A DNA stretch of 64,000 nt from Phoronis australis (GCA_002633005.1 NMRA01000057.1:1080005-1144004); one strand, 5' to 3'; shown: positions 13,925-29,466, counted from the stretch's first letter. Notes: generated by a model from the letters alone, not told the origin. Made by a program: numbers and translations.

Positions 13925-16900
13925 GACTGGAGTTGACCGTTTATACCGCACCACAGCGTAGATGCTGTGCACTACAAAGTTACCTGGTTCTGTTTCCATC
14001 CAGGACAGAAGCAACCCCCCAAAACACCAATGCCTGGACATTATATGGTAGTATGAAAGGGCCAACAGAAAGTTTCCTTTGATATCAAGAACACTGATCT
14101 ATCTCCCTCCCTTTGAGTGGAGCAGGGCAAATACCCAATTATCCATGACTTTAGGACAATAAAACACTAGGCCGAAATCAAATAAACTTCCTGGACAAAA
14201 ACTGGTCATATTTTCTATCTATTTGACTTCTGACATTGAATTTCCTGTGAAAAGTTAAGCAGGCATCAGCTTTTTAAAAAAGAATTTTACAATAAATATC
14301 AATATAATAAATGTTAATATAATACATATTAATATAATAAATATTATGCCAAAAAGGTTAACCGATGGATGTGGTAATTGCTTTATGACTTGTGACCTCT
14401 AACAAAGTATTGCCCAAAGGCTTCACCGTTATCTGATCTTGGAAATCACTTTAGTCTGGACTTGTAACAGTCATGGGTGAGAACTGGCCCCCATGTTGTT
14501 TCTCACTGGTGACAACAGGGGGAACATTTGTAATGGCTAAGACTAGTTTGTTCCTAAGAAGTGATTTCAGGTCTTGCAAACAAGCAATAACCAACTGTCA
14601 GGACGGTCTTTCCAAACCCAGGAATCGTATCTATTTTGACTAAAGGAGCAATTTATGCTATTTCATCACGACAAGTGGTGTAAATCAAAATTTTCTTTAC
14701 TGTGACGCAACACCCTTAGATGTTTTAACAAAAACCGGAACTGGTCACTGAAACAAACAGGTGGTTCAGCATATAGTTAAACTACGCAGTTGTGTGGCAA
14801 GGAATAAGCACAAACTCACTTTGATTGGAAGGCGTATTATGCACCCCTCCATCCCCTCAATCTCCCTTGGTTTAATCTTATCCATGAATCACCTTTCCAT
14901 TACAACACAGGATTCTCCATGGGAAAAATCCAAGCATGGTTAAAACTACAAATCCTGTTTTTGTCTCCTAATCTCTCTTCCTACTAATTCATAACTTAAC
15001 ACCTAGAGTAACATGACAATTAAACTTACTGAGCATGTCACAATCGTTCCTAAAGCAGAAGAATTCACAAGAAACATCATGCAGTACCAAGTATTTCAAC
15101 CATTTACCAAGTAATGCCCAGGCTTTTTCCATCAGGGCTGAAGATTTTGAAACATGGCTCATGGCTTATCAAATATGGCTCAGGGCATCTAAATATGATT
15201 CAGTATTACATGTACATGTATACCTACACACACATCCCATGGGGAACACTGTACCATTATGCCAAAAAGAACCTTAACCATCACCACAATTTAACATCAG
15301 GCAGCCACTTGCCAGTTGGACTCACCTGTCTACCATTGCAATCCACTGGAAATGACCAAGACCCCCTGTGGACAGACAAAAACACTACTACCCCTGAGTG
15401 ACTGCTGAAAGCAATACTGTCACAAATGTCTGTATAGGGCTTTGGGACCATGGCACCAAATGCAAGTGTAAACTATCCCCCAGGCTACTGTATGTGTTCA
15501 GCCTGTTATGTAACACTGTGTAGCAATGCCCTTTACATTAGACAACTGCCATTCACTGGTTCACAGTTCAACACCAGGAACAGCAAATGACCATCCCACT
15601 CCTCTAAAGCCTGAACCATATTCCATCAACCACTGGCTACTGGACATTCTCAACATACCTACTTGGCATTGTACAACCTTTCTCTGATCATGACTGGCAT
15701 TCTACCACCTCACTCTAACACTGCCCCTCACACCTATCAAGGAAGTGAGTTGTTCATTCAAGCTATAGGGTACTGGTACCATAGTACTGTAATTCCTTCA
15801 GGTGAAGTGTTCAGGAAAAGAGAAGGAAATTTCAAAGGGGCGGCATACAAGCCAACATAATAGGCTCGATAATGCTTCAGTCCCTGACAAACTTCAAGGC
15901 AAATGCAAGTCTTTGAAGATCAGTTAATTTATTTACTTGCTTAACCATCATGGTGAAGTTAACACACCGAATTGATACAAGATAAAACCAGGAGTGTTAT
16001 ACTGTATGCTTACCTGCAATGTTGGAAGACAGTGATTCTGTCATTGACAGTAACCAAGGCTGTTACAAGTAGGTATGTAAGTGTTAAAGTGCATGTCAAG
16101 ACTGCTCAGTGTTCTTAACTATAAATTACCATTCATCCTGATTAACACTGAGAATGCTCAGGGCACTTAAACTGAAAATTACAAAAATCAGGGAGTAGGC
16201 ATTCGCACTGCAACTAACAGGTTCAAGGAGCTGCATTTTACAGATACCTTATCGGCATTTTGACCAAACCAATTTTGTGAAAACTTATTTGCAAAGGATA
16301 TAATGGTATGTTTTCAAAATAAACACAATCAAAGCTGCATTTCACTGTTGATGACGCCTACCTATCAATGTTGATTACTTAACGGAAATACTAATGGGGT
16401 TAAAAAAGATTACAACACTCATATGATCTTGTGCTGCAACTCGAGTCTTTTCTCCAGTCGTTGACGGTTTCCTTGCTCTAGTTAAATATGGAATTTTCAA
16501 ACTAATTTTAGAGTTTAGGGTGGTGCATGAACCAAATGTCTTAAGCTGAACTTCATTTTTTATGAATTTCTCGGTATAGATGCAAAAAAATGTGCAGAAA
16601 TGTAATTTATGACCAGAAGTAGAGTTTAAGCGAACCAAAAAGTAATGCCACAAGGCCACTGTAATCGTCTGTAATAGATAGGCGGTGTGTTATCTCTCCT
16701 CGATATTTACCTACGCTGTTGTGTTTAGTTGTATTTGAATGTGTTACAGCTTTGGCCATTTTTTACCATTTATCAGTAAAACATTAGAGCTAAAAACATG
16801 AATGTCGATTCCAAAGGCATCCAACAGACGGATGGGTAGGGTAGGGTATTAGCAGTTGAAAACCCATAAGATACCAACATTCCAAGTACTGTATGTTTGA

Positions 16901-17061
16901 CCTTTGAACTCTGGGAGAGTTGACTTCTAAAGGGGTGAGCCATACAGAAGTTAGGGTTGGTTTATTGACTGTTGTCAACTTGATTTTTAATTTCACGCTT
17001 GTTTTATTTCACGTCATAGTTGACTACACTAGAAAACAGGACGCGAAATTAAATATATTAA

Positions 17062-17434
17062 AGGGGAAGGCAACCTTTTTTCTTGTCATTTTTAGCAAAA
17101 ATAAGGTTCACTGGTTATCCCAGATATATTTTTCACTTAATTGCAGCTTTTCGCAACTTATTAATTAATTGACCAACTCGTAAACAAAAGCAAACAACAA
17201 CCTAACTTATAACAACCAAAGTAGAGCACGGACTGACTGGCAGCTCTCACTGTAGTCAGTCCATACGAAAAGAAATTGGCGCAAAATTCTTGCCTCCCAA
17301 AACGTCACTTCAGGAGTAGAGGACGAGTAATTGTTTAAATTACAAAAAGCTGTAATTAACTGAAAAATATGTCTGGGATAATCAACGAACCTAAATTTTT
17401 GCTAAAACTGACATGAAAGAAGGTTTCCTTTGCC
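17062..17434. mobile_element. Kolobok-like MITE with long imperfect TIRs
   Basis: TTAA on both sides (17058-17061, 17435-17438), AGG start, and about 110-bp imperfect inverted arms (e.g. TTATCCCAGATATATTTTTCA / TGAAAAATATGTCTGGGATAA). Confidence 0.75.
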
Positions 17435-19986
17435 TTAAAGTGAGCCTCACTTTCAGTTTCATGGTGTCACTGTCAAGGACTGAGTATATTTTGTTTCGAT
17501 ACAACAGAAATTCTCCACTTATATCACACAAAAAATAACTGCAAAAATGATCATTTTTTAACAGTTGTTCAATTCCTGCAAATGATGGTAACTTAGTAAA
17601 TTGAGTTTCCTCTTTTGTTCCTCAAGAGGTTCTCAGCCTACTGGAGCCCCACCTAGTGGTTCTAAACAAACCATGTTTCTTCTTGTTTCACAGGTTATTT
17701 CCCCATCAGCAACTGTGACAGCCAACTGTCAACAACCAATTCTTAAAACCTAGTGATAATCGTCTGGCAGTTTATGGTTACATAGGACCTCACAAAATAT
17801 ACAAATTAGGCTAATTTCAGAACATCATTCATATCTCAGAAGTGGCTGATCGGATTCATCACATGCCATATTTTTCATGTACTATTCTCCAAAACAACGA
17901 CAGGATTTTTTGAAATGATCCAGTTTTGTAGGAACAGCTATCAAAAAGGACTTTTGTGACTTCCGTGCAAAAATTTAAAGATACATATAGCGAAGACGAA
18001 ATGACAGTGGATATCGTTGTTTTGCTTTCAATATCTTCGTTTTTGCATAATTTTACTAACATGCCATCATCACGGTCACACTGCATGGCCCACTAAGTTT
18101 GAGACAGATTGTTAAATGTAAAAACCAAATTCTCCAGGCTTTTTTCTTTCAGAAAATGCATGCTTTTACTGAGATCAAGCCTTTGTGAAGATTGGCTACA
18201 TACAAGGCTTATTGATCACCATCTAAAGTTGAGACAAGACTGTTATGAAGATTCAGGGGTGTCAGCAATTTATAGGACAAAGAATGGGCAACAATTATTT
18301 CAACTTTAAGTAATATAGAGACTCCAGACACATGCATTCGTGAAGTACACCAACCTTTATACAAGTTTCAACACCAACTTCACACTATTCATACCCTGGT
18401 TACACATGAATGGCACTGCTTAATTAGTTCCACATGACCGCCTATTTTACAATATTTCACCCCATCTGTTGAAAATACAACATGATCAATCCCTCTCTAT
18501 GTAGTACTTTAAGAACGAGAAGAATCCAGTGTTTTACCTTCGCAGCGTACCACAAAAGGGACAAAAGCACGGCCTCAAAATTACAATTGCCAGAAGTAAA
18601 CCTCCAGACAAACCAACGGCTGCTAAGACACTAAAATTCCATACTTCAAAAAATTTACCCTGAAAAACTCTGGTGCAACTCTGATAAGGGTACAACCTCC
18701 TATCCAAGTTAGTCAGGAAAGTTCTGGTTACTATCAACAGGAAATGGAAAGAACCTTAATAAAACTGTTTATGCAGACTATAATCACATTGTTGAAAAAC
18801 ACAGAACGATTAATCATGGCATACTTCAATGAGCAGCCAATCAGCAATGTGTGATATGTGATGTCTGACATATATACAGATGGCTGTGTCATGAAAACCA
18901 ATTTCAGACCAATCGACTGGAGTGACAAAATTGAAGAAAACAGGTAGATCAACATTATTCTCTCAAAATGAAAACAAACTCTGATCCACAGTCAATTGCT
19001 CAACAACATGACCTTGAACTTATATCATCAAGTATAAAAATCTACATAACAGACAGCACTAATGCTAGGCATTTAAAAAGGCATATTCTAAAAATGTATT
19101 ACAAAGACTAGTTATCTAACTAACACAGGTTCCTTCTGCGTTTACAAGAGGCACATTTGACATGGAGCAGCCAACATGGAACAGCTGAGAGGCGCAAGTA
19201 TGTGACGTGTAAACATGACCGACACGGGGCACGTTGACACGGCGGCGGCCATGTTTGACACCGGTATGAGAGGTAGAGCAAGTTGCACTCAATCAGTTGC
19301 TTCAGTTCCAACGGTATATGCCTAAACATTAACTTAGGCATGACAGAAGAGATCATATTTTATTGCTCTTCAATAGTATACATATGGGTGACCACATTGT
19401 TTAGGACGTTCGCCAAGGTTAATCAGAACATTCCCAGACAGTCTTCGGAAAATAGATGTCTGTGCTGATACAGATTCAGATAATGTTATGGACATTCAAC
19501 TTAAGTGCAGCAACTTGTGAAAGGGACTAATAAACACAGCCAAAGCTACATAACGATTTGTGGCAATTGTGGGCAGTTGTGATATCACTTCTTGTATTAA
19601 TCTTCAGATGAAATAAAGAGTTTGAAAAAATGGTACGTTTACACATCTTATGTCCACTTTTTCACTTCATACTTCCTGCTCAGCATTTTGCCTAACCAGT
19701 CCATTTGCTCAACAGGAAGCTCTAGTGTGTAGCCATACTGAACTGCTTAACTGAGATACCAGCATGCCACTGGGAAACCTTATACCCTGCTATAGTTTGA
19801 CCAGATGGTATACACAGACAAGAGATAAGGGATTCACATCATTCTAATTGAAGTCTGGCATCTGGCTAAAAATTTATGAGCAGGAATCCTGACAAAGGAA
19901 ATTCAATGACTTTCTGTTTGGATGTTAGGTGACCTTTATTTTAGTATTTTGCATCACTACCTAAAGGAAATGCCGGTGTTCTGTGT

Positions 19987-20089
19987 AAGTCATTTGCAGG
20001 GGACCCCACATTTTGAGAACCAGTTTTCTCCATTGAATAACGTGTATCAAACTGGTTCTTAAAATCCAGGGACCTCTGTAAGTGACTTA
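19987..20089. mobile_element. Small hairpin MITE-like element
   Basis: About 40-bp imperfect inverted arms: TAAGTCATTTGCAGGGGACCCC...GAGAACCAGTTT / AAACTGGTTCTT...GGGACCTCTGTAAGTGACTTA. Confidence 0.6.
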
Positions 20090-23000
20090 ATTCTTGTGTT
20101 GATAATACGTTCTCCACAACCTGTTTTGACTGTCCTAGTCACAAGTTTGAATTGCATCTGGACACATTTGCCTTGATTCGAGTTTGGAAAACTATACAAC
20201 GACTTTTACTTTTGGAAGATTTTTTTCTTAACCAAATTTAGATATTATAGACTTTTGCCATCAGTATAATTGCATATTTCCCAGGCTTAAATGAACAAGC
20301 TCCCCATAGAAAAGGCACTGACTTTCAATCATGTTCATGAATTTCTTAATTCCCCTAGAGTTTGAATTTTCTGAGGTGGAGAAGTCACTGGGTATTGTGA
20401 TGGTATCAATTGGCAGTATCATATCAGCATTGGTATCAGCACTTGTGTAATTAGTTTCAGTATCAGTATCAGTCTGGGTATCTGAGTATATCGAGTATCA
20501 TTTTCTTACAAATTATAAAATCATCATCCAACCTGTACATTCAGTCAGACATAAATGTAGGGGAATATTCCAGGAAGAAATGACTGACTGACCTTGGAGA
20601 AACCCTATTTTCACAGCTTGTATTGGCATCTCACAATTCAATGGATCAGCGCTATTTAGGACAAAGTTCTGTGACCACAACTACAGTAAGAATATAAATG
20701 TCTAACCAACACTGTAGGATTCCAATCAGACAAGATGTTCAACATTCCTGACAGTTGACTGCTGACAGATACCTACCCCTACTCCTGGTATATCCAGTTA
20801 ATTGTCTGCAATAACATTCAATTGGTATGCATTCCTTGCACACCATCAGACCATGGTCTCCACTAATGACAGAAGACAGCAGTGACAGTTTCTTTATACA
20901 ACTCCAGCCTAGACAACTTATCAATGGAATGCAAAAATGACAGAAACACAATTTTCCAAGAAACAGATTTTACCCCACAGAAATGAGCAGCAGTTTACTG
21001 GACACTGTCTGAATGTTCCAATTAGAACAGAGGTCTACCATTCTTTCAGGACCACAAAACTGCACAATGCAAGAGAGGATTTGGAGCAGTCTAAACTTGG
21101 GATGATCCCCCACCTTATGGTGGACATGCCAGGACTCTAACACAAGGCATGAGACAGTCATGTGGTCATTATCAAAGCCAGGTCTCCAGTAAATCTGACT
21201 GGTGATCCCCACCTTAGGATGTGCCATGTAGTCTTAACAAGTAGTAAAACCAATTTCATAACTTGATATGCATTTCTGTAAAACAAATATAATTTCATGG
21301 AATCTATCACAGGAAACCAGACAATGGTTGGTTTTGAGCTGATTTCACTATCATTGTGTAAACACTAGGTAAATGTCAATAATTTATGAAATAGAAACAA
21401 TGGCCAGGTCCCTGTGATAAAATACCAAGTTAGTTTGAACCTCCACACCAAACAATGACAGGCCAAACAAACTTGTGTCCCATGCACTCTAAACCCAAAG
21501 CAATAACTGTGACATTGTAGCAATCATTGAAACTTAAAATCCTTCAGCAATTCACATGTGTGAATTCAATACCCAAAAATACCGATAAGATACAACAATT
21601 CTCCACTTATTTAGCAGACTCACCTCATTTCGAACACTCAAAATTATTTCTAAAGAAAGTATTATTATATATTTTGTCTCTTACTTGTTTTGCAGGAGGC
21701 TTTGTACTTTGTTGGTGGGAATTTCTTGCTTCACCTAATTCGCACACAGTCAGTTTTGTACATAAGACAACACTCACTCAAAATCCAGACATTAATTCCG
21801 GTAATAAACACCTCTTTAACTGCATTAATAAAATTTGAACATTGTATATTCACCAATCACCAGTTTCACCACTTAATTCATCCATTTGACAATGGGATTT
21901 ATCCTGCTGTAGTAAATACCAGGTGACCTGGAAGAGCCATGTGTCATCTAATATGTCCAAAAGAGAGTTTCATCAATGAAGAAGCAAAGAATTCCTTCTT
22001 ATATTGGGCCAGGATAAAGTAATTAAGTTTCTGTTTATTGCATCATATTGGCAACCCCTGGCAGCATTTCATTAAATTCGCACATGGGCAATGCTAACTC
22101 AGTTATCTCCCATACCCATAAACTATGAAGTCTATATATTCAGTTAATTTGACACACCTCGACTATCAGGAATTTTGTGCAAAGTGAGTGGAGAATTACC
22201 ATATCTCGTTTTTCTTACAAATACATTTTCATAGTAAACCATACCACATTAGGGGTGTTCATTATACAATACGACTTTCTACAGTACATAACAACTAAAA
22301 CGAAAAAGAACTCCCACCTCTACAGAAACTAATTTAAGAATTCTTGACAAAAAAACTACGAATGTCATTTTCCATCAAAAATTATGTTTGCGAGACCTAT
22401 AAGGTCTTGCACACAGACACTTTAGCCATTATCCAGAGATTCCAACTGTCAACTGTATAGTAGTGACCAAGGATCTGTAGTCACATACTGACTCAGGATG
22501 AAAACAGACTGAGAGCGATCCTTCAGTCCCTGGCTCGGGATATCTCTGCTGAGGACAGTGAGGTATACGGAACAGACTGTACGCTTTCAAAACCAACCTG
22601 TCTGGGTGCATGTACAGACAGCGACTGCACACGCACCTTGCAGTCGGGAGGTAGCAATTAGTACGAAAAATGTCCTTTTGTCTATCCCATCCTGAGGTCC
22701 CTTTTAATGCATTTTTTGTTTTTCTATATATAATTCAACTGACCGTAGTTAAACAATGACCATGGGTCTATCTAGCACAAAAGATTTCCAAGCTTCGCAT
22801 TTATCTTCTAGTACAGTTTTCTTATCATTACACACCCAATTCATTACAGTCAAGACGAGGCTGTCTCTTCCGTTCATGCAAATCTCAGGACGCGACTCAC
22901 ATTTCTATTGAAGAATGGACAGCGACTGCAACTTCACATTGCCAAATTCATCCGTGACAAGGCAAGTGGGAAAATAGAACGGTCACCAGATATTCAATAG

Positions 23001-24701
23001 ATAACTTGTTCTCCAACTTTTAGTCACGTTACAACCCACAAAATGCAACAGACAATTTTTGGAAAAACGTTCTATTCTGGACTTCTGACTCTTTCAAAGA
23101 TATTTTCTAATTTAACAGCCTATGAATGCCAAAGGGACCCTTGAACACCGATTTAAATCCAGTCATAACTTCAGATAAGACGAAAACATGCACTTCACAT
23201 CCAATAAACCCCTAGACCTGTCTGTCTGCTCTCTTAAAATGCTTCCAGTGGATCCCAGTACCTTAATCTGAAACAAAAATGAACTTACCTTCAAGAAATT
23301 ACAGCTAAATTACAGGCCAAACCATATACACAAGCACCGCAGTCACCACCTGAAAATCGAAATTAAAACAGCCTTCAGAGTTAACAGCTGACAGCTCAGT
23401 CAAGACTCAAAAGTCAGCATTCAGCAGTTCAATTATAAAATGACTCATAACAAGAGATAGCACATGACCCCATTTACAGGGGTCACAGTACCAGCAGGTT
23501 GTAGCTAGCGACACCTGGTGTTGTTGGGTAATAACAAGTGGTCCTTGCTGCAGGAGGGTGACATATGTACATGTAGGACACTAGAAAGATATCCGAATTT
23601 GGCTAACTTCAGAAGATCATATAACCGAAGTAGATGATCAGATTCAAACGAACTTTTGGATGATATGCTTTATACACTGTTTTCAAAACAGAGTTAAGGA
23701 TGTTTTATAAATCCTTAATCCTTAATTAAAATTTTCAGATTGATCCACTTTTGCACGAGGGGCAATAAGAACATGACTTACCTATGATATTTATAAAAAA
23801 TTAATAAGCCCAACATAAAACAACAACAAAAATAGCATCTTTGACAATTCATCTTGAACATTTGTAACAAAAACAATATTTGGCCGTGTTACAGACACAG
23901 TAGCTTTGCCATAACTAATTGTTTTTTGCTAGATTATATAGCTTGAGTGTGTTATTAGAATGTGCATGAGACAAAAGAACAATTTCATGTAATGAACATG
24001 GGTATTTAACTATTTTACCAGTCAAATAAGGCATTAGGAACAGCTGAATGTGACCAATCGTTACTCAAAGGTAGGCGAGAAGGGTGCATTTTCAGCAACA
24101 ATTCAAATGACATTCACAAAGAAACAAGCACTTATAAGGAAGTGTCGGCTGGATAATTTGGGGGCAGGCGGAAAGTCGAGCATGGGTGTTTAAAAGCGTA
24201 AATTTGGAAATCTCAGGGGTGGGTGGTCAGTGAAGCATTGGTATTGACCAGGACGAGTACAATAAATAGTTTCCGTGCAATGAAACTCACTTCAAAAGCA
24301 ATTTATTCCATAACTTTTGAGTTACAGACCAAATGAGGCAATACAACATTCCCTCCTGCCACACGGTAGAGATTCATGGCTGCCTAGCATCAAACCAGTC
24401 AAAATGGCCAACAGAGCTCTCAGAGCAGGATGAAGTAAGATGTTTCAATAAAGAATTACCGCGAATGATCACCCATATTAACCTGTGCAGCATGAAAGAT
24501 TCCTTTCTTCCACACTGGTATATCCCAGGCTCACAACAAGAATGGCCATTGTTCTGGGAATTCATTTCACATCACAAGACTCGTGTTTACTTTGACCAGC
24601 ATTTGTTAGAAGAACTGATGAGAGTTCTGAAACAAAGGGCTGACACTTCTGGTTTAAGTACTGTGAGTGCATGACATGTACATGTAAGTCTGGGTTAGAC
24701 G

Positions 24702-25010
24702 TAGATAGTGCCACCATCTCTACTTAGCAGTAGCCGTGATACTCCTTCCTTTAGGGCCTTCATACGCGGGAAGCTTTTAGAGGAATTATGCCTCACACTG
24801 ATTAAACCTCCTAAGTCAAGCTGTTTTAAGTACCGGCTTTTGCGCATGCAGGGGCAACTTAGGCGATGTCATATCCCCTGGCATGTGCCGTGTAAAAATG
24901 GGCAGTTGCCGATTTGGGCGCAACTGAATGAAAGACTGCTCGAACAAAAGTTTGATTACAGGAATATTTGCTCGAGTTGGAAGAAATAAAAGACATTGAC
25001 GGCCTTCTAA
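24702..25010 (+). mobile_element. Partial copy of the TAG-terminated foldback family
   Basis: Shares GAATTATGCCTCACACTGATTAAA and GACTGCTCGAACAAAAGTTTGAT...CGAGTTGGAAG with 29914-30486. Confidence 0.7.
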
Positions 25011-26649
25011 TGTGAGACCAAGGTAACAGACTGTTTAGGTTTGCCAATATTTGATCATAAATTAATTACCATTCGTGTTTACGAATGACAACGCGTCGTC
25101 CGTCTCCAGCTGCAAATTCAATTAACCTCCGACAGACGACACGACATCACATGCACTGAGCGGAGCTATCAGCCACAAGAATGGTGAAGCGACACTCAAC
25201 TTAGTGAACTTTTGGAGAACGTGCGGAAGCAGGCAGACCGCCATGGTGCCTTAAGAGCCCAGTCTACTGGACACAACTTTTTGAAAAAAGGAACACTTTT
25301 TGTCATCAAGTGTGCCCAAAGGGCACAGGTTCAAACCTGGTCACGAATGTTCCTGCTTTCTGGTTATATTCCTATCCTCCATGAAGCATGTCACGATACG
25401 AAAATAACTTCAAATGGCAAAGAACTCCAACCCAAGTTTTTTGCGTCACCATAAAGTTGGCACGCGACTTGCAAAAAGTACCATGGGAAGATATCCAATG
25501 AAATTTGTAAAATTTGTGTTCCTTAGAGTTTTGCTCATCAACAGGCGTAATTTTCAGTTTGCGTAACTTCCTCAAAAATGGCACCCGGTGACTGGGAAAC
25601 TCGAGTGAACCACGGCAGATTTTTATGGATATGTTCATATTATGTTTCAGACTAAATTGTCTCCATAGTCATGATTATGAGTTAATTACACATCAGTGTG
25701 TATATATGCATGTTTCGTTCGATGTTATTTTGTGATAAATAACTTTTTTATAGGGAAAATACTATCGCCTGCCTGCATGCGTATGCCCAAGGCGTACAAG
25801 ACGATGCCTTTTGCCTTAGATTTTGCATACACCCTGCCCTGTAGTAAGCTCATGACGATGTGGAGCAGAGCCACTCGGGTGGTGTGAAATTTCGAGGTCT
25901 ATCCCCTACAGTATCTGACTGTAAAAAGACTTAGGCCTAACTTCTACTTTTAAGCAGGTCACCTCCAGAATCTCACCGACTTCAGAGTTGTCAGCCTTGA
26001 CATTCACTGAAAATAACTAGTTCTCTACTGGCAAATCGAAACAGCTACAGCTAATTTTTACCTCCCGTTTTCATCGTCTTACCTGTTCAAATTGCAATTG
26101 CAAAATTTAAGAACAACAACACAGACAAAAAGTAAACATGCGTACAGCAATAATAGCACGCCTCTTTCTGGTGATGGCCGTCAAGATTTGGCCTTCCGGA
26201 TATGCCCTCTTTTGTCAATATATGGAAGTATGCTGGAGGTTATCGGCAAACATCAAAAGCTCGGTGTTGTTCTCAGTGATATTTGATTAATCGATAACTA
26301 CTTACAGTATTCGAAAAAACAAAAAAATGAGTTTAATTATGATCTGTACTGACTCTTGTTTATGAAGTGTCCAGCAGCGCATATATAGCGACCTCTTTCA
26401 TCAATACCTGATAGAGAAATCAGCGTACCGGGTACGTTGCCGGCCGGGCTATCCCGGCATTGCGGCCAAAATGACATGTACATATTGCTCGGAAGCATTG
26501 TCGAAGAAAAGTTCTTCGGTCGCTTGCAGTTTTATACGCTGCCATTTCAAGAAAGATCCGTCGCCACTAGTTGTCTAACAATGCCTTTTTAGCATCTGGT
26601 TTGGAAAGGAGTTCTAGTTCACTCAAGTGGGGACCAGTGTGTTGATATA

Positions 26650-26770
26650 CCGAGGTATTTATAAACAATATTTTTATGCCTTGCATGCCAAATGCAACTT
26701 CACAATGATGCAGATGACAATACAATTTTATATGTCGACCATAGTCAGGAAATGTTAAGAGAGCTAATGA
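26650..26770 (+). mobile_element. CR1/L2-type reverse transcriptase fragment
   Basis: VFINNIF, a frameshift, then LHNDADDNTILY. This is a decayed FINDIF...YADDNTI RT motif. Confidence 0.6.
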
Positions 26771-27389
26771 TCTTTGTGAAGCTGGCAATTTTAGTTACAG
26801 TGGCTGTGTGTGCCTTTTCTGCGGCGCGACGTCGAACACTGCAAAACTCGAGCGCCTCCTGTACAGGGCACTCATTTTCGTAGCATATACTATTGTAAGC
26901 CAGCACTGCGTGTATTATAAAGACTAGTTGCCAACCGACTAGAGCGACGTCTTTCATGAAAATGAGGTTTGTAGGACTGGAGTGCGAGCTACACTGAACT
27001 CCTTGCTAGAGAGCAGATCTCCCTACCCTTGAACTGTCTAGAAAGCGCGCGATCTTTCTAGAGGTGTACAAATCGTATCATCACTTGGCACCTGTGGGAT
27101 CTCTTTGAGGAAAAAGTGTCTCATTATAATCTTAGCAATAAATCTGTGCTACGTGTGAAACAATGTAGAAAAGCCTGTGCGCCAAGGTTTAAACTCTTTG
27201 TCGGTGTACGGCGCTACTAAACTCTGGAACTCTCTTCCCAATGAGTCCAAGTTCATGGATTATAAACTTTTTAAGACTTTTATTAAATCTTGGACAGAAC
27301 CACCGTGCAGGTGCGGTGCATGCAGATTTTAAATCCGGTGTGCATGTTTGCGTGTGTGTATGCCATACTTTCATGATATCTCATCTACA

Positions 27390-27523
27390 TGTGTTTGGTT
27401 TTTCATTATTTTATTATTTATTCGTTTTATGTTATTATCTACAGTCGGTGATATTAGCCGTTGGCTAGTGTTTGTCTGTTTTGTCAAACTGACTATAAAT
27501 AAAGAGATTGATTGATTGATTGA
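27390..27523 (+). mobile_element. Probable LINE 3' tail
   Basis: T-rich tract followed by AATAAA and (GATT)4. Confidence 0.4.
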
Positions 27524-29466
27524 GATTCGTTACTTTGTGATGATGTCACGATTCCATTTGTGAATTTTGCATGTGACTCCTAGTGGTGTCGCTAGAGCCC
27601 TTAAGCAGTAACTTTCCATAAATATGTTGATAAACGCCAAAGCAGTCCAATATGTTTGGATACTGAACGATTCAGTTTCGTAATTAACAAAGTTCGTGTT
27701 TCATGGTCACCAATCTGAAATTCAAATTTGGTATTAAGGACAAACACTCTGCTTTTCCAATAGAGTTGAATTTCACACGGAATGAGGTCAATAATTATAG
27801 AGCTTAAGCTACATAATTTGTGGCACATAAAAGTATTTTTAAAGTATTTCTTGAAACATCAGGCTGCGTTGGATTTGTCATTGATAGTGGCTCAAACTGA
27901 TGTAAGGCATTACGGATAATTCAGGGGGTTTTATAGACTTCGCCGTTTTCGTCACAAAGAGCAGTGATCGTCGCATTTGTCAAGCGCCCAACCTTCAATG
28001 GCATTATTTTTCAGCATTTTTACCGCAATTTCACAGGCAGCTTCTATTGTTTGAGCCGTATCTATTGGCCATGGCCGAGTCTTTCGTTTCAAATCGCTCT
28101 CTCTCTTTTCCTACCTCCTCCGTTGCAGATAGGCGACTTCAACTGAGAAATACTTTATAATCAAAGAAATTAAACTTTTTCAACTGGGCTACTGTACTTA
28201 TTAATCAAAATCTTTAGGCTCTACGTAACGTCTCGCTCTCATCTTGAGGAATGATTGAATGATTGGAATGGCGGGCCAAATGGAACGTCTCGCTGTATTC
28301 TCGCGAAATACGGTCTGTAGTAGGGGTCCGGGCAATAGACAGTGCATTCAAAACTCCTAAGAAGGGAGCGGGGCAGTCCCGAGAGCTTAAGGATTTTAGT
28401 TAGTAAGTACCATAGTCAAGCTGGTCAGTTTTAATTTCTTTGATAATGAACTTTCATGGATGGATAAAGATTTGCGTACAGTTCACGAGAATTACTTTCT
28501 TTGTTTGTCAGTGCGCTATTAATTCCGTGGGTGATTGAACTCGGTGAGTCAGGTCGGAGTGATTTTTTTAGGCGGATTACGTATCATAATCATAGAAAAG
28601 TAAGATAACCACACTTTTCAAATTTTGCTACCATGAATATCCATGGTTACGTCGAACGACGGGACTTTAATAATTGAAAGAATGTACATGAAAATGGAAA
28701 AGAACGTCTATGAGTGCCATCGCCTTCTGAAATGGACCCTTATGTTTAATTTCGAAAATGGGAACGAGCGAAAATCTTCAGGTCTTCGTACGTCAAGGGT
28801 CTCAGTATTAACTGATAATACTTTCAGAAAACGGAAAAGGGCGATTCGTTTATCCCACATCCGAGAGGGGTCCCTGGAGAAAGGGAATGTTGCACCAGCG
28901 TCTAAAAGTTTCTTTCCTGAATTTAAAAGTATGTATTAATATACATATTAAACTTTCTTGGCTGGTACTTGTAAGATGATAAAGAACTCGTGTCAGGACC
29001 ATACATACTGCCAGGCATAATGCTTTCTAGCGCTTTCTGGGCTCAACTCTAGTATGCATTGTACATTGAGTTTTTTAAGTAATAAGCAATATAAAAAATA
29101 CTACAGCCGAATTTCAACTCAAAGACTGGAGGCCCGGCCACCGATCAAAAATGCTCTGCCTGGCACTCTAAGAGTAAATTCGGCACGGGTTCACGGTTGA
29201 TGAATGTTTTCTATCCTTATTCTACTCTATACCACGTGTTCCATTGGTTCCTTCTCTCAATGTTTCCCCAATCTGGCAGGTAACTTTCCCTTAACATGTC
29301 TGTCATCGCCCAGCTTTCGACCCATACGCCTGCAAATTTTGGCGGCACGAGCACTCCGACACCCCGTGGTTCCTTGTTACCTAGGTACCGTGCTGATTGA
29401 GTGGGCATGCACTGATAACTGTTTCAAATACATCATGTATTTCGATTTGCCTAAAAAAACAGTTTC

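Noticed and set aside
20395-20500. Thr/Asp-rich open frame on the minus strand
   Set aside because: Explained by a degenerate GTATCA simple repeat, with no splice support.
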